A program made the position numbers and the translations under genes. Of a stretch of 26,255 nucleotides of DNA, positions 16,609 through 23,731 are shown piece after piece (position 1 is the stretch's first letter; each line of letters opens with the position of its first letter). Origin of the DNA: a virus (Duplodnaviria; Caudoviricetes); the IMG/VR virus record IMGVR_UViG_3300049722_000009, positions 1 through 26,255 of that record, one strand, 5' to 3'. The notes beneath the pieces were generated by a model that did not search any database, was not told the origin of the DNA, and saw only the letters and a list, made by a program, of their open reading frames with translations.

Positions 16609-18380
16609 GTGATTGGTCCCCATGTCTGTTGGAAGCACGGCGATTCTGGAAGCCCTGTCGCGTGGTAGGTGAACCCGATTCGCCCGCCTGGGCTCACGAA
16701 GTCGACTTGGTCAGGTGCCGGGTAGTTCATCCTGGAGAGCAGGAAAGCAGCGTTGCCGGCTCCAGGCGTCGCGTACTGGCCAATGAGAGAGCAGGATTGC
16801 AGGAACGTCAGCTCGATGCGTACGCCATCTTGAAGCCCAGTGGTGCCCATGCCGAGCAAGAGCGGCGATCCTGACACGGTCACGTGCATGACTGACTTTG
16901 TTGGCACAGGGACAATCCCGCTCGCTGTAGTACAAGCGTCGGTCCCGTAGTGGTTGTTGACGGTGTCTCTGCCAGACAGATGGTCGTGCACACCATCGCC
17001 AGCGCCAGACACCGGAAGCTCGAATGGAAGCGTGATCTTCGTCCCGCGCGCCGAGCTGTTGTATCGCATGGTCAACGTCACCGCAGATGTGCTGTTGGTG
17101 AGCAGGTAGTACTGGAAGAGCAGACGGTGGCCAGGGGTGAACGTGTAGGCTGAAGCAAGCGGAGTCGTGAAGGTGATGGGATGCTCGGCAGCGCTCACGA
17201 TGGGCGCCGAGTCCGCGGTGAGAATGACCACGAGCCCATTGTCCACATCGAGCACGCGAACGCGCAGAAACGAGATGGAACCGTCGGATGCTCCCGAGAT
17301 GCTCACCGTCTCGACGTCGAACTTGTACGGGCCAGACGCGAGCGAATCGATTGGCATCGCCAGCGTGACGAACGACTTCGGCATCGACGCTTCGACGTAG
17401 CCAGAAAAAGAGGCCACTGTCACCGACTGAGCCACTGTCTCGTAGGACGCTCCTTCGCTGGTCAGTTGCACTCCCGTCAGCGCTTCGTATTTCTCAATGA
17501 GCGTATAGGAATTGAGCAGCTCCAGCGTGACTGGAGTATCGTTCACCACGAAAGGCGGCGTGTTGGTGATGTGGTAGAACTTCCCGTAGTTGGTAGCCAG
17601 CGGGTCGCCTGCTATCGCAACCACGAGCCCACAGAGACCGGCTTCTGTGTTGGCGAAGTCTGCGCGCTTGATGATGGCTCTGCCACCTGGAACCCAAGGT
17701 ATCCCATCTTGTGGATCGCCTGGAGTATCCTCTCCTTGAAGCACAATCTCGTACACGCCCCAGAATCGAGAATCGTTCTCTCCAATAACATCTGGGTTGT
17801 GGACGTACGGAACGAAGAACTGATCTCCGACTGCGAGCGGAGCGGACCAACCGGAGCCAGAATACAGAGCGCCCTTTACGGCGTAGTTGTGCTTTCGGTG
17901 CACAGAGCCGTCGCCGTTGTACTCAGCCGCCTTTTGTTGCCACGAACCACCGCCAAGGTAATCCCATCCCTCCATGTCGAACCCAAGCCCCTGGCCGTTT
18001 GCCATCAGGTACTTGACAGAGCAGTAGTGTGGGTCGCCGATGCGGGCGGTGTAGAGAGTGCTGGATGCGATTACTGGATCTGGCGGGATCGGCGGTGCTG
18101 AACCTGGGTTTGCCGAGAAGATGAGCTGGCGGTCGCCGTCAGCCCCTATCTTCGTGATGCTCATTCCCAAGCCAGCGATGAGCTTGTTCTCCGCTGTGCC
18201 CGGAACGTCGTTCAGGTCGACGCCGACCTTGCCCAGATACTTCACGGCCCAGTTGATCCAGCGGTAGGTCTGCTGGAGGAAGACGTACCCTTCCTTGTGG
18301 AGCCACGGCAGCAGCGACTTCTCAGCAGGGACCCGCTCCGAGATGGGCTGCTGAACCTTGCGGCGCTGCCAGATGGCCAC
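16605..18380 (-). CDS. Tail-fibre-like multi-domain virion protein (591 aa)
   Basis: DLNDVPGTAENKLIAGLGMSIT and GVYEIV...IIKRADFANT..GLVVAI motifs seen in phage fibre proteins; beta-rich C-terminal domains; GTG start overlaps the upstream TAG. Confidence 0.6.
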   Translation of the reverse strand: MAIWQRRKVQQPISERVPAEKSLLPWLHKEGYVFLQQTYRWINWAVKYLGKVGVDLNDVPGTAENKLIAGLGMSITKIGADGDRQLIFSANPGSAPPIPPDPVIASSTLYTARIGDPHYCSVKYLMANGQGLGFDMEGWDYLGGGSWQQKAAEYNGDGSVHRKHNYAVKGALYSGSGWSAPLAVGDQFFVPYVHNPDVIGENDSRFWGVYEIVLQGEDTPGDPQDGIPWVPGGRAIIKRADFANTEAGLCGLVVAIAGDPLATNYGKFYHITNTPPFVVNDTPVTLELLNSYTLIEKYEALTGVQLTSEGASYETVAQSVTVASFSGYVEASMPKSFVTLAMPIDSLASGPYKFDVETVSISGASDGSISFLRVRVLDVDNGLVVILTADSAPIVSAAEHPITFTTPLASAYTFTPGHRLLFQYYLLTNSTSAVTLTMRYNSSARGTKITLPFELPVSGAGDGVHDHLSGRDTVNNHYGTDACTTASGIVPVPTKSVMHVTVSGSPLLLGMGTTGLQDGVRIELTFLQSCSLIGQYATPGAGNAAFLLSRMNYPAPDQVDFVSPGGRIGFTYHATGLPESPCFQQTWGPIT

Positions 18381-18751
18381 TACTTCTCCTCTTCAGGCGC
18401 GGTCACGTCCACGACCGGGTATACTTTCTTCTCCATCAGGTGCAACACGTAGCCTGCCACTGGCGGCAGCTCGGCCCCGCGCATGCCTGCAATCTTCTGA
18501 GCGGTCTCGATGCGCCGGTAGTGCTCAGCCAGGTAGATTGGCACATTGCGAGTCGAGCACATGGCGTCCTGGTGCACGTTCCACTCGGCATCGCTCATGC
18601 CGGCAGGTCGCACAAGGTTACCTCGGTCGTCGCGTGGAATCTGGTGCGTCTTGTCTGCGACCTCGACCACGGCAGCGGAGGCCGATACCATGCGGCCGAA
18701 GCGCTGGGCGACCTGCTGCTCAGGAACGGTGGTCAGGTCAGTCGTTGCCAT
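18380..18751 (-). CDS. Hypothetical protein, possible terminase small subunit
   Basis: 123 aa, helical with a C-terminal beta segment (VVDVT); near the head of the late operon. The TerS call is positional only. Confidence 0.5.
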   Translation of the reverse strand: MATTDLTTVPEQQVAQRFGRMVSASAAVVEVADKTHQIPRDDRGNLVRPAGMSDAEWNVHQDAMCSTRNVPIYLAEHYRRIETAQKIAGMRGAELPPVAGYVLHLMEKKVYPVVDVTAPEEEK

Positions 18752-18962
18752 GGACCAGGTGAGCTTCTTTTGGCACGTGCGAGCATTGGCATCGCTTGCA
18801 CCAACTATCAGGGCCCCACCCTGGAGCTACTACGTCTTCATCCTTCTTCCCGAACGTCTCATCCTTCTTCCCGAACGTCTCGTCCTTCTTCCCGAACGTC
18901 TCGTCCCAGCCCTTGCGGTAGTTCTCGTTCGGTAGCTGCGAGCGGATGACCTCGTCACTCAT
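18738..18962 (-). CDS. Small protein with YRKGWDETFGKK motif and internal heptad repeats (74 aa)
   Basis: ATG at 18962 with GGAGG SD; (DETFGKK)x3; C-terminal CKRCQCSH. Confidence 0.65.
   Translation of the reverse strand: MSDEVIRSQLPNENYRKGWDETFGKKDETFGKKDETFGKKDEDVVAPGWGPDSWCKRCQCSHVPKEAHLVHGND
18841..18906. repeat. 21-bp tandem repeat x3
   Basis: TCCTTCTTCCCGAACGTCTC(A/G) starting at 18841, 18862 and 18883. Confidence 0.95.
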
Positions 18963-18974
18963 GGGACCTCCTGG

Positions 18975-19058
18975 AAGAACTGACCCGGCCCAAGACCATT
19001 CCCAGGCCGGGCCATCAGCCTGTGATGCCATGGTGCCAGAATCCGCCGACTCGTGCAA
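18975..19058 (-). promoter_or_regulatory. Putative late promoter followed by a leader hairpin
   Basis: TTGCAC (19058-19053), 17 bp, TGg-CACCAT (19035-19030); 13-bp G-U-containing stem 18983-19012, then CAGTTCTT. Confidence 0.45.
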
Positions 19059-19118
19059 TACTGGCCCCATGTGACTCACACTCCCAAAAGTCAGAATACA
19101 GGATTCCGGGGAAAGTCG

Positions 19119-19463
19119 CTATAGCGCTGGTTTTGGCGTGGGTGTCTCCGACCCGGTACCCCCTACCGTGTGCGCTAGGTTGCGTGTGGACTCCTCACGG
19201 GTCCGGCAGCGCGACGCTAGCAGCGCCCGCACCCTGGCGTTAGCCAGCCGGTCCACCCGGCGCGGTAGCATCCGGTCGACCAGCATGACGGCAGCATCTA
19301 GTGGAATGTACCACGGGGAGTTGGCGCCTCCGGTCCGGCCGTACCCTACGACCGGCGCCCGCACGAGCTCTATGCCGGCAGCGCGCGCCCACGAGACGCA
19401 CGTAGGGTTCGACACGCGAAGCATTCGAGCCACCTCGGACACGCGCAGCAGGTTAGTCAGCAT
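19119..19463 (-). CDS. Helix-turn-helix DNA-binding protein (excisionase/MerR-like wHTH)
   Basis: LLRVSEVARMLRVSNPTCVSWAR..GI and wing PWYIP; heads the late arm. Confidence 0.7.
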   Translation of the reverse strand: MLTNLLRVSEVARMLRVSNPTCVSWARAAGIELVRAPVVGYGRTGGANSPWYIPLDAAVMLVDRMLPRRVDRLANARVRALLASRCRTREESTRNLAHTVGGTGSETPTPKPAL

Positions 19464-19990
19464 GGCCAAAGCATGCCAGATTGCTGCGGTCGGTAATTAC
19501 GTTATATTTGTTACTAAACCCAATCTGGCCTAAGTGCGCGGAATCATTCAAACGGTGTAGGTGCATGTCGTGCGTAATGTTAACGGAAACCCGGCTTTTC
19601 GGGGTATTGTTTCCGAGTCCTACGTGTAGGCATGGAGGCAGGAGCGAGCTGGTCAGACTGTGACGCAGCAGCGGTCCGGCCTTCGGGCCTGCGTGAACCG
19701 CGACATCTCAGACATAGTCATTTCGCATAGTTAGCACACAGTATATGTGGTGACTACATGTGACGATACGTGACCATGTCAAGACCAGAGCGGAGCAGAG
19801 CGTATCTAGCACCGGACCGGAACGGAGCAGACCCGGACCGGAATACCCGTGTCTACTTACCTTGTCTGTTTAGACCTTGGTGCCTTCTTTGTTTTGGCCG
19901 ACCAGTCCTGCCCTGCCTGAGTATCCCTTCGGCTCTTCGGAGTCGTCGCAACAGTAGTGCGGCCGGGCCTTCTTCGCTGATTCGCTGCGC

Positions 19991-20100
19991 TGACAAAATT
20001 CGTCACCACTGCCGCAATTGGGCGCCGTGTTTTGTCACTGAATCACCAGCAATTCCGCCACTTGTCAGAGTGGCACCCGTCTAGGTGACAATTCTCGGCC
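19991..20100. promoter_or_regulatory. Four phased TGACAA-N4-CG boxes (candidate enhancer/operator sites)
   Basis: TGACAAAATTCGTCA (19991, +), TGACAAAACACGGCG (20023, -), TGACAAGTGGCGGAA (20053, -), TGACAATTCTCGGCC (20086, +); spacing 32/30/33 bp. Confidence 0.55.
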
Positions 20101-20161
20101 TTTTCGACTATTTGGCACACGCAAGCCCACGTAATCCCGAGGCATCTCAGCATTCGGGCTC

Positions 20162-20177
20162 TGGCATGCCGGCTGCA
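20162..20177 (+). promoter_or_regulatory. Sigma54 (-24/-12) promoter for the early arm
   Basis: TGGCATGCCGGCTGCA against consensus TGGCACG-N4-TTGCW, with exact GG-N10-GC spacing; predicted +1 near 20188, 3 nt before ATG 20191. Confidence 0.65.
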
Positions 20178-20190
20178 TTAGCTATCAGTC

Positions 20191-20352
20191 ATGGCAACGA
20201 CGAAGATTGAAGCACTGGACGAGTTCCCCATCAACATTGACGGCGTTAGCGTCGACGAGTTGCGATTGGAAGGCAAGATTCCGCAGGCCATGACTTACGA
20301 GCAAGGCGCACAATTCGCCTACGATGGCCTACCCGAAAGCGCCAAGTGGTAG
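20191..20352 (+). CDS. Small acidic hypothetical protein (53 aa, MATTKIEALDEFPINIDG...)
   Basis: Not in ORF track; read manually; no SD, so likely near-leaderless from the sigma54 promoter. Confidence 0.6.
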   Translation: MATTKIEALDEFPINIDGVSVDELRLEGKIPQAMTYEQGAQFAYDGLPESAKW

Positions 20353-20354
20353 TC

Positions 20355-20570
20355 ATGGAAACGCAAAACAACACGGCCCCAACCAACGACATACTATCCG
20401 CCAGGGCATCACGCACCATCGAAATCCCTCGCGAAACCATCGCAGAACTCATGGCCAAGATCGGCGGCCATGTCCAGGCCCCGCCCGTCAAGCGCTGCAA
20501 CTTTTCTACCGAGCTGCAAGACACGCAAGTTTTGCCGGCAATCGAAATCGACCAACCAAATCAGGAGTGA
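20355..20570 (+). CDS. Hypothetical protein (71 aa)
   Basis: Tightly packed between neighbours; its stop lies within the next gene's GGAGTGA SD. Confidence 0.55.
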   Translation: METQNNTAPTNDILSARASRTIEIPRETIAELMAKIGGHVQAPPVKRCNFSTELQDTQVLPAIEIDQPNQE

Positions 20571-20575
20571 ACACC

Positions 20576-20794
20576 ATGAAGTACTCAACGCAGCAACTAA
20601 TCGAAGTGCGCGCCAAACTACAACTCTTCTCCTCGATGCTGAGCAGGGTGTCGGACGACTTGGGCGATCTGTCCATTGGCCGAGACTTTGGCGAACACGT
20701 GTCCTTGTTCTCAAAGCTTTCAGATGCCACGTGCGAATGGTCGCACGCTATCGACTCTTTCAGAATCAAGACAGAAAACCTGACCAAGGAGTGA
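20576..20794 (+). CDS. Hypothetical protein (72 aa, MKYSTQQL...)
   Basis: AGGAGTGAACACC-ATG SD; C-terminal part of track ORF 20324..20794. Confidence 0.65.
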   Translation: MKYSTQQLIEVRAKLQLFSSMLSRVSDDLGDLSIGRDFGEHVSLFSKLSDATCEWSHAIDSFRIKTENLTKE

Positions 20795-20799
20795 CCACC

Positions 20800-21135
20800 A
20801 TGACCGACAAGCAAAAACTCGTAATCGTTTGTGTTTTCGGCCTCATCTTCGGCCTCGCTTCCGCCATCCTCTTCAGCCTCGTAGGGATGGCACAGGCCCA
20901 CGCTGAAGGCGTGACCGTCGTCAAGAAGGCAGACCTGCCGGCGCTCAAAGGCGGCAAGGCAAAGGCAGAGAATAGCCCGATCCCTACCTGCTTCGGTGGC
21001 TCGCGCGCCAAGCTGGCCGCGACTGATGACCTCGTCAAGGAGTGGGCCGCGACTCATGACAAGCACGAGTGCGCCTCGGCTTCCACGGTCTACGTCTGCC
21101 GCGCTGGCAAGAACCTCAGCGTGCGCTGCGAGTAG
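20800..21135 (+). CDS. Membrane-anchored/exported small Cys-containing protein (111 aa)
   Basis: MTDKQK, long hydrophobic stretch, AQA-HA; four Cys in the mature part; AAGGAGTGA SD. Confidence 0.7.
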   Translation: MTDKQKLVIVCVFGLIFGLASAILFSLVGMAQAHAEGVTVVKKADLPALKGGKAKAENSPIPTCFGGSRAKLAATDDLVKEWAATHDKHECASASTVYVCRAGKNLSVRCE

Positions 21136-21230
21136 GCGAAATGGCAGAGTAGCACCCTGCCCGGCAGCCGCTGCGAATCGGACGCAGGCCGGGCACACAC
21201 ACGAACCGCAACAACCAACGGAGTGAACCC

Positions 21231-21419
21231 ATGTATACCTACAAGACCTTCGTCCGTACCGCTACCGACTTCGCATCAATGGCAAGGGCCAAGAAGCGCA
21301 CCAAGGATACAGGGCTGTCCCTAGACGAAGCGCGGAGGGCTTGCGCCAACTACAACGCCACCAGGACACCGTCTCAAGTTGCCAGCGGGACCAAGATGGA
21401 ATTCACGAGGGAGGACTAG
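21231..21419 (+). CDS. Hypothetical phage early protein (GLSLDEARRAC motif)
   Basis: GGAGTGA SD; ORF track. Confidence 0.7.
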   Translation: MYTYKTFVRTATDFASMARAKKRTKDTGLSLDEARRACANYNATRTPSQVASGTKMEFTRED

Positions 21420-21422
21420 GCC

Positions 21423-21707
21423 ATGCGACAAGCAATCGTCACCAAGTACCTGTGCCCCACCAACACACGCGGAAGCCGGATCGCTGCTACGTGCGCGGCT
21501 GGCCGTATTGTGGTCCAGTACGACTACGGCAACGAGGACCAGCACGCCAAGGCGGCTGAAGCTCTTGCGCGCAAACTGGAGTGGTTCGGCGAATGGTTCC
21601 AAGGCGGCATGAAGGGGACTGGCTCGTGCTTCGTAATGCGCGAGTTCAAGAGTAGCGCCCAGCGTGGACGATTCTACGCTAAGAAGATCGTGAAGGTGCA
21701 CTCGTGA
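21423..21707 (+). CDS. Hypothetical phage protein (IVTKYLCPTNTRGSRI motif)
   Basis: GGAGG SD; motif resembles a common uncharacterised phage family (TKYLGPTNxRGSRI). Confidence 0.75.
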   Translation: MRQAIVTKYLCPTNTRGSRIAATCAAGRIVVQYDYGNEDQHAKAAEALARKLEWFGEWFQGGMKGTGSCFVMREFKSSAQRGRFYAKKIVKVHS

Positions 21708-21928
21708 CCCACACAGTCCGCTTTGAACACGTGCAGCGCGACTCAGCCGGATCGCGCATCGCCTACCAGCAAGAAGCACTCGACGCACCGACTCGCCTGG
21801 ACGAGCGAGCGATCTTGCGCCAGCTCGGCGCCAAGGGTTACCGTGGGGTGCGCTGCCTGGCGGTGGCCTACGTCGGCAACCCTGGCGAGCTGGAGCACGA
21901 CCTAGAACAACTCACGAGGAGGGTTTGA
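21704..21928 (+). CDS. Hypothetical protein (74 aa)
   Basis: GTGA overlap with the upstream gene; packing. Confidence 0.6.
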   Translation: MTHTVRFEHVQRDSAGSRIAYQQEALDAPTRLDERAILRQLGAKGYRGVRCLAVAYVGNPGELEHDLEQLTRRV

Positions 21929-21930
21929 CC

Positions 21931-22866
21931 ATGGACCGCACAGTCACGCGAGCACTGCTGAAACAAAATGTCGCCTGCTATTACAACGAGGACGGCGGCG
22001 AGGACAAAGTCAACGGGCTAGTCCCTGTTGAAGGTCTGACGCCGCTGGAAGTTGCGAGACTACCCATCACGGAGCCCGATCGCATATGGGTTCTCACGCG
22101 CAAAGGGGTACTCCCCGACGTCGTCCTGTGGGAGTGGGCAGCGCGTACGGTTGAGCGAGCACTGTCGCGATTGACACAAGTAGATCCAAGGAGTTTGGCT
22201 GTAGTGCCGTTGCTCAGGCGACTTGCAACAGGGGAAACGATCCCAAGAGCCGAGTTGAGATCCGCCGTCGCCTCCGCCAAAGCCGCCTACGCCGCCTCCG
22301 CCGCCGTCGCCTACTACGCCGCCAAAGCCGCCTACGCCGCCGCCGACGCCGACGCCTACTACGCCGCCAAAGCCGCCAAAGCCGCCTACGCCGCCGCCGA
22401 CGCCGTCGCCTACGCCGCCGCCGACGCCGTCGCCTCCGCCAAAGCCGCCGACGCCGCCGCCGTCTACGCCGCCAAAGCCGCCAAAGCCGCCAAAGCCGCC
22501 TACGCCGACGCCGCCGCCGCCGACGCCGCCAAAGCCGCCTACGCCGCCGCCGACGCCGCCGCCGTCTACGCCGCCAAAGCCGCCGCCGCCGCCTACGCCG
22601 CCGCCGTCTACTACTCCGCCGCCGCCGCCGCCGTCGCCGCCGCCAAAGCCTCCGCCGCCGCCGCCAAAGCCGACGCCGACGCCGCCTACGCCTACGCCGC
22701 CGCCGCCTACGCCTACGCCGCCTCCGCCGACGCCGCCGCCGCCGACGCCGCCGCCGTCTACTACTCTGGCGCCGCCGCCGACGCCGCCGCCGCCGACGCC
22801 GCCAGAAAGGCGGAGCGACAAAAGCAGCTCTCTGACGTGATCGAGATATTGGAGGGGATCCGATGA
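21931..22866 (+). CDS. Ala-rich low-complexity phage protein (Imm5-like helical N-terminus plus Ala repeat)
   Basis: GAGGAGG SD; WAARTVERAL...DPRS...G....EL, then ~180 aa of Ala/Tyr/Asp/Lys repeat, then AERQKQL. Confidence 0.75.
   Translation: MDRTVTRALLKQNVACYYNEDGGEDKVNGLVPVEGLTPLEVARLPITEPDRIWVLTRKGVLPDVVLWEWAARTVERALSRLTQVDPRSLAVVPLLRRLATGETIPRAELRSAVASAKAAYAASAAVAYYAAKAAYAAADADAYYAAKAAKAAYAAADAVAYAAADAVASAKAADAAAVYAAKAAKAAKAAYADAAAADAAKAAYAAADAAAVYAAKAAAAAYAAAVYYSAAAAAVAAAKASAAAAKADADAAYAYAAAAYAYAASADAAAADAAAVYYSGAAADAAAADAARKAERQKQLSDVIEILEGIR
22261..22803 (+). repeat. Degenerate GCC trinucleotide repeat array
   Basis: Almost entirely GCC codons interspersed with TAC, GAC, AAA, GTC and TCC. 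Confidence 0.95.
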
Positions 22867-23237
22867 CACGACGAATCGACTGGATCTTTGCTGCCTTCGG
22901 ATGCCTTGCTCTGGCGACTGCTTGCGATGGGCAGGCGCTTGACCAGCCGGCCGAAGTCGCCACGGATGCGCAAGCGTCCATCGACACGACACCGGCTTGC
23001 GTCCCGTGCGTGATAGACGTGAGCTGGACAGAATGGCGCGCGACCGGATCCCTAGACGTCCTGGTTCGCTCCACTCGCGGCGCGCTGCCTGTCCACGTGG
23101 GCGACGTCTGCATGGTAGTCGCCTACGGCTCGCAATTCGGCCCGCTGTGGGTCGTGAAGGACAACGGAGAAAACACCGGCTATACACAAGTAGCGCACGC
23201 CATCGACGGCGCGACCATGACTTGCGAGGCGCCCTAA
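22863..23237 (+). CDS. Putative lipoprotein
   Basis: MTRR, hydrophobic core, lipobox-like LATA-C; GGAGG SD; ATGA overlap. Confidence 0.7.
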   Translation: MTRRIDWIFAAFGCLALATACDGQALDQPAEVATDAQASIDTTPACVPCVIDVSWTEWRATGSLDVLVRSTRGALPVHVGDVCMVVAYGSQFGPLWVVKDNGENTGYTQVAHAIDGATMTCEAP

Positions 23238-23725
23238 TGTTCCCAATGCTGCCTGGGCCTGGCGACCTAGCAATGCGCGAGTTTGACAGACTGGACGCTG
23301 AATACGCACGCAAGCACACGGACTGCCGCGAGTGCGGCGAGAACAAGCCCAACGATGAGACGGTCAACACGTTTCCCGATCCAGGATGGAACGTATGCCA
23401 GAAGTGCGAGGACCTGCTGCGCCCTCTATGCGGCTGCGGCTGCGGCAAGCGCGCTCGCATCGTGGCTGACGTGCGCTGGCCTGGTGGTGTCGACTGCCGA
23501 GCACCTTGGGTCGACGTTGAGCACGCGCTGGAGTCAGTCACGCGCCACACGACAGAGCGGCCGAGCGTCGACGTGATCCTCGACTCGGACGGACTTCGCG
23601 CTGTTACGAAGCTACCTCAATCGCTGGCGCCGTGCTGGTGCGGAATTGAGCGACTGACCTGCGACCACGGCTACAAGTTCCACACGCGTCTAGTGTGGTG
23701 TCCACGCCACGGAATGAAGGAGTGA
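23237..23725 (+). CDS. Cys-rich Zn-binding protein (162 aa)
   Basis: TAATG overlap, start MFPMLPG; CREC, CQKC, CGCGCG, CWCG and CPRH motifs. Confidence 0.7.
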   Translation: MFPMLPGPGDLAMREFDRLDAEYARKHTDCRECGENKPNDETVNTFPDPGWNVCQKCEDLLRPLCGCGCGKRARIVADVRWPGGVDCRAPWVDVEHALESVTRHTTERPSVDVILDSDGLRAVTKLPQSLAPCWCGIERLTCDHGYKFHTRLVWCPRHGMKE

Positions 23726-23731
23726 ACGACC

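Noticed and set aside
18841-18906. Mini CRISPR array
   Set aside because: Repeats are head-to-tail with no spacers, in frame within a gene, and there are no cas genes
19770-20084. 104-aa plus-strand ORF in the divergent intergenic region
   Set aside because: No SD, atypical composition, and it overlaps the repeat tract and enhancer-like boxes
20071-20128. Additional TGGCAC hexamers as sigma54 promoters
   Set aside because: The -12 GC is absent (20071) or one base out of register (20113)
22261-22803. Diversity-generating retroelement variable repeat (many NNC codons)
   Set aside because: No template repeat with AAC codons and no reverse transcriptase in the window; the pattern fits slippage
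22060-23550. Long minus-strand Gly-rich (496 aa) and poly-Arg (299 aa) ORFs
   Set aside because: Shadows of the stop-free GCC repeat; the plus-strand frame has an SD, overlaps and sensible termini
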